In this document: positions 1 through 8,731 of the stretch, one piece after another
How positions within the stretch are numbered: the stretch's first letter is position 1
Layout: every line of letters begins with the position of its first letter
Origin: Mycoplasma mycoides subsp. capri
Lineage (GTDB): Bacteria > Bacillota_I > Bacilli_A > Mycoplasmatales > Mycoplasmataceae
DNA: 32,000 bases
Direction of reading: 5' to 3'
NCBI RefSeq assembly: GCF_018389705.1
Contig: NZ_CP065581.1
Span: 690,001-722,000 of the forward strand
The notes under the pieces: model-generated
Told to the model about the DNA's origin: nothing
Databases searched by the model: none
What the model saw: only the letters and a program-made list of their open reading frames with translations
Made by a program: the position numbers and the translations under genes

Positions 1-1
1 T

Positions 2-565
2 TTAGAAATAATTTTAACATCTATGAGAATGTCTCCTAGTGCTTTTAATTTGATGAATTTAAGATTATTAATCATTGATAGAAATTGTAGTTTTAAAACT
101 GAACTTAGTCCTTTATTTTATAATCAGTTAAATTTTATTAATGCTGATAAAGTTATTTTGTTTGTTTCTGATAAAACTAATAAAATTTTAAATCACACTA
201 TTGATAAAACTGTTAATAAAATGTTTAATGAAACACAAATTGAAATAGCAAATAAATTTAAAAAAAATGTTATTAATGCAACTAGTCAATTAGCACAAAT
301 TAATGAATTAGATAATTGAAGTAAAACAACTGCTCATATAACTGCTGGAATAGCTACAATTGCTGCTGCTAGTTTAAATATTGATAGTTGTATAATTGGT
401 GGGTTTAATGCTAAAGTTTTAGAAACTTTCTTTATTCAAAAAAATTACTTATCAGAAGATGAACAAATTGTTTTAACAATGAGTTTTGGATATATGAGTA
501 AATCAATTAAACCTAAGCCAAAAATTAGAATTGATGAAAATGAATATATTACTTTTGTCAAATAA
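2..565 (+). CDS. nitroreductase-family flavoprotein, 5' end outside the window
   Basis: The frame is open from the window edge. ORF 23..319 reads through TGA (317-319) to TAA at 563-565. The C-terminal WSKTTAHITAGIATIAAASLNIDSCIIGGFNAKVLE...LTMSFGYMSKSIKPKPKIR fits the nitroreductase-fold C-terminal pattern. Confidence 0.65.
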
Positions 566-566
566 T

Positions 567-595
567 TTGAAAACAATATCATAAGCATATATAAT
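567..595 (+). promoter_or_regulatory. sigma-70-type promoter candidate for the rimP-nusA-infB operon
   Basis: TTGAAA (567-572), exactly 17 nt spacer, TATAAT (590-595). It lies upstream of the 628-660 hairpin and of the rimP ATG at 678. Confidence 0.45.
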
Positions 596-627
596 TTATA
601 TGTATTAAAAATAATATATAAAGCTAG

Positions 628-660
628 AAGCAAGGTTTTTAATACCTTGCTTTATTTTTT
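628..660 (+). terminator. intrinsic terminator hairpin, possibly a leader attenuator
   Basis: aagcaaggt (628-636) pairs with accttgctt (644-652) around a 7-nt loop. It is followed by tttatttttt. Confidence 0.6.
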
Positions 661-677
661 CTAAACTAAGGAGTGTT

Positions 678-1172
678 ATGAAAGATTTTGAATCACTAAA
701 GTTTCAAATTAATGAATTAGTTAACAAAGAATTAGAAGTTTTAAATCTAAAAGTTTATCAAATTAATAATCTTACAGAATTTGAAAACGATATGATTCAA
801 ATACTAGTTGAAGATAGCTTACAAGCTAATAAACCATTAGATTTTGATATTTTAATAAAAGCAAATGATTTAGTTTCAAATAAAATAGATCAACTAATTA
901 AAACTAAAGATAAATACTTATTAGAAATTTCAAGTAGTGGAATTGAAAAACAAATTAGAAGTCAAGAAGAACTACTCAAAGCTTTAGAACAATGAGTTTA
1001 TGTGCAACTAAATAATGAAATAAAAAAAGTTAAAGAATTTGAAGGTTATGTAACTAAATATAATGATCAAACAAATACATTTACTTTTTCATTTTTTATA
1101 AAAGGTCAAAAAAAGAATTTAGATGTTAAGTTTGATGATATTAAATTTATAAGATATGCAGTTAGATTTTAA
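678..1172 (+). CDS. rimP: ribosome maturation factor RimP
   Basis: SD aaggag precedes the ATG at 678. ORF 678..995 continues through TGA to TAA at 1170-1172. The motif [15 protein letters not shown] resembles the RimP LEVSSPG motif. The gene sits immediately upstream of nusA. Confidence 0.8.
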
Positions 1173-1180
1173 GGAGATAT

Positions 1181-2935
1181 ATGCTAAACGGAACAGAATT
1201 ATTAGAATCAATTAAATTAATAGAAAAAGAAAAAGGAATTAGTAAAGAAAGTATTATAAATAGTCTTAAAGAAGGTTTACAAAAAGCTTATGAAAGATTT
1301 TATGATACTGATGCAATTATTAAAATTGATATTAATGAAAATACAGGATTAATTACTATGCATCAAGAATTAAAAGTAGTTGATGATGAACAACTTGATG
1401 ATGATTGATTAGAAATTACACTATCAAAAGCAAAACTAAAAAATCCTGATATTCAAATTGGTGATACTATTTATAAACCAATTGAATTTAGTGAAGAATT
1501 TTCAAGAATGGTAGTTAACCAAGTAAGACAAATTTTTCAACAAAAAATCAGAGAAGCTGAAAGAGCAAGAATTTATGAACAATTTGTTAGTTTAGAAGGT
1601 GAAGTTGTTCAAGCTAAAGTAGTTGGAATGAATAGAGAAAATAATTATGTTTTAGATATTAATGGTACAACTGCTTATTTATGAAAATCAAAAACTATTA
1701 ATAATGAAATTTTTCAAATTAATGAAATTATTGATGTTTATATTGAAGTTGTTGAAAAAGAAAGCAAATTATCTCAAATCTCAATTTCAAGAACTGCTCC
1801 TAATTTTTTAACTAAATTAATTGAAAGAGAAGTTCCAGAAGTAAGAATGGGAATTGTTGAAATCAAAGCTGTTAGTCGTGAACCTGGAAAACGTTCAAAA
1901 GTTGCTGTAATTACTCATAATAATAATGTTGAACCAATTGGAGCTATTATTGGAGTTGGTGGTAATAGAATTAATAGAATTAGTGATATTTTAAAAGGTG
2001 AAAAAATCGATATTATTAGATGAGATGAAGATCAAATCACTTATTTAATTAATGCAATGACACCAGTAAAAGTAATTTCTATTAATAAAATTGGTGATGA
2101 ATATGATATAGTAGTTCCAGATACTCAATTATCATTAGCAATTGGAAAACAAGGAGTTGCAGCTAAACTAATTGCTAGTTTATTAAAAACTAAGATTAAT
2201 ATTTTTTCATATTCAACTGCTTTAAAAGAAAATATGGACATTTTATGAAATGGTGATACAACTAAACAAGAAGTTGAAACTAATACATACACTCCAAAAA
2301 CTAAAACAACTAAAAAAGAAGAAAAACCAGCAATAACAAATATTAAAAAACCTGTAAAACAAACAATTAAAAAAGAAGAAAATCAAATTGATGTTGATGC
2401 TTTAATTGCTTTTCAAGCTGAAGTTGAACATGAACAAGAATTAAAAGATCAAGAAGAGTTATTAAAACAAGAATCTATGTATAAAGAATACGATAATAAC
2501 TTTAATGATTTTGAAAATGAAAAAGAAATTCTTTTAGCTGAAAAACAATTAGAATCTCAAAATCAAATAATAAAAGAACCAGTTGTTGAAGTTCAAGAAG
2601 TTGAAATTGAAAAACAATCAGAAGCTCAAGATCAAATCACTGAAAATAAACAACCAGAAATTAAAACTGAAGTTGAAACTAAACCTAATATAGTTGAACA
2701 AGTTAATAAATTAAATACTAATAAATCAAATAATAAATTTGAACAAAATAGATTTAGTTATAAAAAACAAAAACAAAAAGAAGAAGAACTAGAACTTGAT
2801 TTTGATATTAAAAACGAACCAGATATTGATGAAATTGATGCAAATTTAAAAGCATTTAATGATGCAATTTTAAAACAAGAAGATGATGAAGATCTTGATA
2901 TAGATTTAGATGATTATGACAAATACTATGATTAA
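1181..2935 (+). CDS. nusA: transcription termination/antitermination factor NusA with a long acidic C-terminal extension
   Basis: ORFs 1181..1408, 2057..2248 and 2477..2935 are all in one frame. They are joined only by TGA codons (e.g. 1406, 1682, 2021, 2246). The protein has a NusA N-terminal domain, an S1 region and two KH GxxG motifs (IGVGGNRI, IGKQGVAAKL). Confidence 0.92.
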
Positions 2936-3197
2936 TAAAAATAAAAATCTAAGAAAAGATATTGCTTCAAATCAAATGTTAGAAAAACATCAATTAATTA
3001 GAATTGTTAAAAACAAAAATAATGAGATTTTTATAGATACTACTTATAAAGCTAATGGTAGAGGTGTTTATCTAAAACCAGATTTAAATAGTTTAAATAT
3101 AGCAAGACAAAAAAATTTGATTGCAAAAAGTTTAAAATCAAAAATAGATGTTTCTATTTATGATCAAATAGAAGAATTTATTAATGCAAAAAGATAA
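2928..3197 (+). CDS. ylxR: YlxR/RnpM-family RNA-binding protein (DUF448)
   Basis: MINKNKNLRKDIASNQMLEKHQLIRIV...ANGRGVYL matches the YlxR pattern (LRKC...ELIR...GRGAY). The start overlaps the nusA stop (ATGATTAA). I chose the ATG at 2928 over 2910 by N-terminal similarity to YlxR. Confidence 0.8.
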   Translation: MINKNKNLRKDIASNQMLEKHQLIRIVKNKNNEIFIDTTYKANGRGVYLKPDLNSLNIARQKNLIAKSLKSKIDVSIYDQIEEFINAKR

Positions 3198-3483
3198 ATT
3201 ACTAAAAGCTATTGGAATGGCATACACTTCTAATAACCTAATAACTGGATTTAGATTACTTGAAGAAATTAAACTAAAAAAAGTTAAATTTGTAATTTTA
3301 AGTTCAGATATGGGATTAGCACAACAAAAAAAATATATCAATAAATGTCTTTCAAGAAATATCGAATGTGTTTTTAATGTTTTAACAAAACAAGAATTAG
3401 CAAAAGCATGTGGAAAAGATATTTTAGTAGCTATTGGATTAAAAGATGATAACTTTATCAAATTAATCAAATCTAATTTATAG
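3184..3483 (+). CDS. ylxQ: L7Ae-family RNA-binding protein YlxQ
   Basis: A 99-aa ORF between ylxR and infB, the conserved operon position. It overlaps the ylxR end by 14 nt. Its size and sequence are L7Ae/YlxQ-like. Confidence 0.75.
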   Translation: MQKDKLLKAIGMAYTSNNLITGFRLLEEIKLKKVKFVILSSDMGLAQQKKYINKCLSRNIECVFNVLTKQELAKACGKDILVAIGLKDDNFIKLIKSNL

Positions 3484-3504
3484 ATAGAGAAGAGGTTTTA
3501 AGAT

Positions 3505-5367
3505 ATGAAAAAACAAGTAAAAAATATTAAAAAACAAAAAGCTCAAAATCAAACAAAAAATATTAAAAAGCAATTAAAAGAAGAAGTTAATACAGGTTTA
3601 ATTGATGGGATTTTTGTTTATACAGAACCACTATCAGTAATAGAATTTGCTACTAAAATTAATAAACCATTAACTGCTATTTTAAAACACTACTTTAATC
3701 AAGGTCTATTATTAAATCAAAATACACTTCTAACTGAAGAACAAATGGGTGAATTGTGTTTAGAATTTGGTTTTGACTTTAAAAAAGAAACAACAGTTAC
3801 AAAAGAAAATATTTTACAAACTTTATTAGAAACTGTTGATGATGAAAAACATTTAAAAGAAAGACCACCAATTGTTACAATCATGGGTCATGTTGATCAT
3901 GGTAAAACTACTTTATTAGATTCAATTAAGAATTCTAATGTTGTAGCTAGTGAAGCTGGAGGAATTACTCAAGCGATTGGTGCTTATCAAATTACTACAA
4001 AACATAATAAAAAAATTACATTTATTGATACTCCAGGTCATGAGGCTTTTACTGAAATGAGAAGTAGAGGTGCTAATGTAACTGATATAGTTGTTTTAAT
4101 AGTTGCTGCTGATGATGGAGTAATGCCACAAACTGAAGAAGCTATTGATCATGCTAAATTAGCAAATGTTCCAATAATTGTATTTATTAATAAAATTGAT
4201 AAACCTGGAGCTGATCCAAATAGAGTAAAAACTGAACTAATGAAATATGGTTTAGTTGCTGAAGAGTTTGGTGGAGATATCCCATTTATTGAAGGATCAG
4301 CTATTAAAAAAATTAATTTAGACAAATTACAAGATACTATTATTTTAATTTCTGAATTAGAGAACTTAAAAGCAAACCCAGATAAATTTGCTTCTGGAGT
4401 TGTTTTAGAAGCTCACTTAGACAAAGCAAAAGGACCAGTTGCTTCAGTTTTAGTTCAACAAGGAACTTTAGAAATTAAAGACATTATGATTGCTGGAACA
4501 ACTTTTGGATCAATAAAACACATTGAAGATGAATTTAAACATAAAGTTTTAAAAGCTGAACCAAGTAAACCAGTTGTTGTTTATGGATTAAATCAAGTTC
4601 CAAAAGCTGGAGATAAATTTGTTGTTATTAATGATGAAAAAATGGCTCGTGAAATTTCTGAAGCACAATTAAAAAAACAACAAGAAGAAGAAAGAAGAAC
4701 TAAACAAGCATTTACTTTAGATGCAATTAAGCAACATATTGATGAAGGTGAATTAAAAAATATTACTTTAATTATTAAAGCTGATACTCAAGGAAGTGTT
4801 GAAGCTTTAAAAAATTCTTTATCAAAAATTAATATTTCTGGAGTAAAAATTAATATTATTAGAGCTAGTGTTGGAGCTATTTCACTTTCAGATATTTCAC
4901 TAGCTTCAACAGTTAGAGATGGTTTAGTAATTGTTTATGGATTTAATGTAAGACCTGATGCAATAGTTAGAAAAAAAGCTGAAGAAGATCATATTGAAAT
5001 CAGATTACACAATATTATTTATAAAGTAATTGAAGAATTAGAAGATGCTGCTAAAGGAATTTTAGATCCTGAAATTAAAGAAGTAGTTTTAGGTCAAGCA
5101 CAAGTGAGAGCTTTATTTAGACATTCAGCAATTGGAACTATTGGTGGATTTTATGTACTTGATGGAGTAATTCCAAGAAATGCTAAAATTAGAGTAATTA
5201 GAAATGGTGTTGTTGTTTATGATGGAGAAATTAATTCATTACAACATCAAAAACAAGATGCTAAAGAAATTAAAGCTGGTTTTGAAGGTGGATTAACTAT
5301 TAAAAACTTTAACGATATTAAAGAAGAAGATATTTTTGAAACTTATAAAATAGAACAAATTAAATAA
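3505..5367 (+). CDS. infB: translation initiation factor IF-2
   Basis: A 620-aa uninterrupted ORF. G-domain motifs GHVDHGKTTLLD, DTPGHEAF and NKIDK are present. An SD (agaggt) lies upstream. Confidence 0.97.
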   Translation: MKKQVKNIKKQKAQNQTKNIKKQLKEEVNTGLIDGIFVYTEPLSVIEFATKINKPLTAILKHYFNQGLLLNQNTLLTEEQMGELCLEFGFDFKKETTVTKENILQTLLETVDDEKHLKERPPIVTIMGHVDHGKTTLLDSIKNSNVVASEAGGITQAIGAYQITTKHNKKITFIDTPGHEAFTEMRSRGANVTDIVVLIVAADDGVMPQTEEAIDHAKLANVPIIVFINKIDKPGADPNRVKTELMKYGLVAEEFGGDIPFIEGSAIKKINLDKLQDTIILISELENLKANPDKFASGVVLEAHLDKAKGPVASVLVQQGTLEIKDIMIAGTTFGSIKHIEDEFKHKVLKAEPSKPVVVYGLNQVPKAGDKFVVINDEKMAREISEAQLKKQQEEERRTKQAFTLDAIKQHIDEGELKNITLIIKADTQGSVEALKNSLSKINISGVKINIIRASVGAISLSDISLASTVRDGLVIVYGFNVRPDAIVRKKAEEDHIEIRLHNIIYKVIEELEDAAKGILDPEIKEVVLGQAQVRALFRHSAIGTIGGFYVLDGVIPRNAKIRVIRNGVVVYDGEINSLQHQKQDAKEIKAGFEGGLTIKNFNDIKEEDIFETYKIEQIK

Positions 5368-5370
5368 TTA

Positions 5371-5403
5371 AAAAGACAGACTCTTCTAGTCTGTCTTTTT
5401 TTT
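5371..5403. terminator. bidirectional intrinsic terminator shared by infB and the convergent membrane-protein gene
   Basis: aaaagacagact (5371-5382) pairs with agtctgtctttt (5388-5399). An A-run lies 5' and a T-run 3'. The minus-strand gene's TAG (5386-5388) lies in the loop/stem edge. Confidence 0.8.
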
Positions 5404-6030
5404 ATACAAATTTTCTTTAAACTTTAAAAGTTCTTCATATTCTTTTTGTTTAGAAAGTTTGTATTCTTGTTTTTTAATTTGTTTTAATTGTTTTTTTGTT
5501 GGTACTATTTGATTATTTAAATAAGCATTTAAAATAGCTAAATTTTCTTCTTCTTTTTGGTATTCTTTATTTTTAAAAATTATACTTATAAAAGTTCCAA
5601 ATAATACTCCTAAAACCATACTAATAATTATTAAAACAAATCTTAAAATAGTTTTAATTACTAAAGTTGTATTTCAATAATAAAACAAATTACCAGTTAA
5701 AATTATTAAAATCCCAACAAAAGCTAAACCAAAAGAATAAGTAAAACTATCACTTTTTATAACTTTAAATAAAACTAATAACAAATTAATTAAAAATACT
5801 GTTATTAAATAAGCTAAAGAAATTAAAAATAAATATAAATAAGTTAATTTACCTAGTTTGTTAAAATGATTTCAAGAATAGTTTTGTAGATCTGCGCCTA
5901 TAAAAAATAATATTATTAAAAATAAACCAATTGTTGTAAATAATTGAACTAGTAGATTAATTCAAAATGGTGTTCTAGTATTATTAAACTTGATATTATC
6001 TAATAGTTGTTCTTTATTTTGATTTTCCAT
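5386..6030 (-). CDS. hypothetical polytopic membrane protein (214 aa)
   Basis: ORF 5386..5619 extends upstream in frame through three TGA codons to the ATG at 6028-6030 (checked codon by codon). It has several hydrophobic segments (LLVQLFTTIGLFLIILFFIG, LYLFLISLAYLITVFLINLLLVLF, FGLAFVGILIILTG, FVLIIISMVLGVLFGTFISIIF) and a K/E-rich C-terminal tail. Confidence 0.7.
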
Positions 6031-6084
6031 AATTTTTATTTTAGCACTTTAAATACATCAAAATAGTAATAATAAAAAATGAAT

Positions 6085-6114
6085 ATAAAAAAACAACACT
6101 TATAAAGTGTTGTT
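6085..6114 (-). terminator. intrinsic terminator downstream of tRNA-Gly
   Basis: A 10-bp stem, aacaacactt (6092-6101) with aagtgttgtt (6105-6114). On the minus strand it is followed by a T-run (the plus-strand A-run just 5' of 6092). Confidence 0.65.
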
Positions 6115-6127
6115 GAGTTATTTTCAA

Positions 6128-6201
6128 TGGAGCAGGTGAAGGGAATCGAACCCTCACAATCAGCTTGGAAGGCTGAAGTTCTGCCATTAAACTACACCTG
6201 C
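6128..6201 (-). tRNA. tRNA-Gly (anticodon UCC), CCA encoded
   Basis: The reverse complement is GCAGGTG TA GTTTAATGGCAGAAC T TCAGC CTTCCAA GCTGA TTGT GAGGG TTCGATT CCCTT CACCTGC T CCA. It folds as a cloverleaf, and the anticodon loop CTTCCAA gives TCC. Confidence 0.93.
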
Positions 6202-6260
6202 ATGATTAATACCTTTATATATTATTATATAAAAATATCAATGTCAATATTTTAGTATGA

Positions 6261-6527
6261 TTATTTTCTAATTCCTAATTTTTCAATAACTTCTTTATAT
6301 CTGTTAACATCTTTTTTAACTAGATAATCTAAAAAGTGTCTTCTTTGAGCAACTTTTTTTAATAAAGTTCTTCTTGTAGGAATATCTTTTTTATGCATTT
6401 TTAAATGTTCAGTTAAATTTGAAATTTCAGCTGTTAGAATAGCAATTTGTACTTCAGCTAATCCAGTGTTTTTTTCATCTCCACCAAACTCTTTAATTAA
6501 TGCTAATTTTTGTTCTTTTGAAACCAT
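6261..6527 (-). CDS. rpsO: 30S ribosomal protein S15
   Basis: An 88-aa ORF with typical S15 sequence ([32 protein letters not shown]). An SD aaggag lies upstream. Confidence 0.97.
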   Translation of the reverse strand: MVSKEQKLALIKEFGGDEKNTGLAEVQIAILTAEISNLTEHLKMHKKDIPTRRTLLKKVAQRRHFLDYLVKKDVNRYKEVIEKLGIRK

Positions 6528-6611
6528 TTTTTCTCCTTGTGTAGTATTTAAATGTCTATCAAAGGCATATTTGAGAAAGAATAATGTCTCTGGTAAACTA
6601 CTAACTTTAAA

Positions 6612-6640
6612 ATATTATCATAAATCAGTTACTTTGTCTT
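6612..6640 (-). promoter_or_regulatory. rpsO promoter candidate (extended -10)
   Basis: On the minus strand: AAGACA (plus 6635-6640), 17 nt spacer, then TGA-TAATAT (plus 6612-6620). This implies an ~80-nt structured leader. Confidence 0.4.
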
Positions 6641-6739
6641 AGTTATTAAAATGTTTTTTAAAAAAAGATAAAAATTGTAAAAATATCAAATAATTTTTAG
6701 TTTTATATAAAATACTTTTAGAAAGTTTAGAATACCAAA

Positions 6740-8711
6740 ATGAAAAAGGCTGCTATTTTTTTAATACCAACTTTATCATTAGTATTAGTAGGATGCACAA
6801 AAAATAAACAAAATAATAATTCAGTACAAAAGCAACCCAATATAACTAATGTTTATAAAAAAACAATAAAAGATAAAGAACAAAATATAGAAAATAAAAT
6901 AAATAAACCAAGCTTTATTAGTAAACCCACAAATACTAATAAAAAACCTGGTTTTTCAAATTTATTAAATGATGAATTCGAACCAAAGAATGATGATAAA
7001 CTTTTAGATCAAAATGTCTCTAAAAAAGAACCAAAAGTAAATCACAATTCAATGACTAATAATAATTCAACTTTAGAAGTTGAAAATAAACTTAAAAAAA
7101 TTACTGAGCAAAATAATAAATTTCAAGTTTTTGAAGATACACAATATAGCGTTAAAAGCTTATTAAATTCAATATCTTTTTCAAATAATAAAATCAATAT
7201 CAATAAATATAAAGATATAAATTATATAGGTTTAGACCAATATCTAAACCTACTTAAAGATATTATAGAAATTAATTCAAAAAGTAAAGATGTTTTTTAT
7301 AATAATGTATCTTATACATTAACTAAAGAACTTAAAAAAGAAACTAATAATAATATAACTACTATAACTCTTATTAATAAATATAGTTCAAAAGATAAAA
7401 ATAAAAACAGTGATTTTACACTAAGTGAGTTTGTTAAATTTGATTATTTAACTCAACAAACAACTATTTCTAGTGTTAATTTTTATAATTTATTAAATCC
7501 TTATGAAAATGAAACTAATTTAGAATATAAGTATTCTAAAACACTTGATAAAAATCCTTTAATTATTGATTTAAATAAATATAACATATACATATTTAAT
7601 AAAAATAATCAATTATATTTACCATTACTTGTTTTAAATCAAGTATTTTTAGCTGAATCAGAAAGACAAATTTATTTTAATAATAAAGATCTTTTTGTTT
7701 TTGAAGTTTTTGATCTTTATGATCATAATAACAACAATACTAAAAAAATGCTTAGCTCAAATAAGCAAGATACTGAACTAAGTAAAGATTTAAAAGAGTT
7801 TTCATATAATTATTTATGATTTTTATTAGATAATTTTTATCCTTTAAAACAAAAAAATCAAGACTATAAAGACTATTTAGAAAAATATAAAAAAGATCTA
7901 ATGTCAAATAAATTAGAGCATTTTAAAGCAAATAATTTATTAATAAGAGATTTAAATGATATTCATACAAAAGTATTGTTACATTCACCACTTTATGATT
8001 TAAAAACTAGAGATGAAGTTCTATTAGTTAAAGAAAATAATAGAACTGATAGAGTTGGAAACTTTAGAAAATATGAAAGAGAATTAATTAATCTATCTGG
8101 TGATTTAAATGAAAGAAACATTAGATATACTAATGATAATAAAACAGCTATTATTAAGATTGACATTATTTCAAGATATACTGTAGAAGGTATTAAAAGA
8201 CAACTTGAAGAAATAAAAAAACAAAAATACAGTTAAAAATGTTATTTTTGATCTAACTTTAAATCGTGGTGGAAGTGTTCCTGCAACTTTTATTCTACTT
8301 GGTTATTTAACAGATCAAAGTTTTAAATATCATAAATTTTATCCAAACACTAATAATAAAGAAATACTAGATATTAAATCAAAAATAGGTAAATTTGATT
8401 TTAAATACTATATTTTAACTTCACCTATTAATTATTCAGCTGGAAATACATTTGCTTCAATTAGTAAAACTAATAAAATAGCTAAAATTATTGGATATCA
8501 ATCAGGTGGAGGAGCTAGTGAAGTTAGACTAAGTATTTTACCAAATGGGATGATAATTAGAAAAAGTTCAATGTATACTCTAACTGATAATAATTGAAAT
8601 TCATATGAATTAGGTGTTAAACCTGATATAGAATTTGACAAATCAAAAAGTTATAATTTTAAAAAACTATTTGATTTAAATTACATTCAAAATATTGTAA
8701 ATAAAAACTAA
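6740..8711 (+). pseudogene. S41-family peptidase lipoprotein, reading frame interrupted at an A7 tract (frameshifted or phase-variable)
   Basis: The lipobox is MKKAAIFLIPTLSLVLVGC. ORFs 6740..7819 and 7901..8236 are in frame, joined by TGA, and end at TAA 8234-8236. The +1 frame is open from 8217 to TAA 8709-8711. That frame encodes the catalytic domain (NVIFDLTLNRGGS...YYILTSPINYSAGNTFAS...IIGYQSGGGAS), which is collinear with the paralogue at 8732..10768. Confidence 0.8.
8215..8221 (+). repeat. A7 homopolymer at the S41 frame junction
   Basis: Seven consecutive A residues lie inside the 8217-8236 window where both reading frames are open. Confidence 0.9.
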
Positions 8712-8731
8712 AAATATAGAACGGAGTTATT

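Noticed and set aside
445..633. 62-aa minus-strand ORF
   Set aside because: It is antisense to the conserved C-terminus of the nitroreductase gene and runs into the promoter and terminator region. It has no SD. Its hydrophobic composition is what antisense reading of AT-rich coding sequence produces.
2910..2927. Upstream ATG (2910) as the ylxR start
   Set aside because: The N-terminus from ATG 2928 (MINKNKNLRK...) matches the usual YlxR N-terminus. The extra six codons lie inside nusA and have no SD.
3138..3470. 110-aa minus-strand ORF
   Set aside because: It is entirely antisense to ylxR/ylxQ, which sit in the conserved nusA-infB operon position. It has no SD or recognisable motif.
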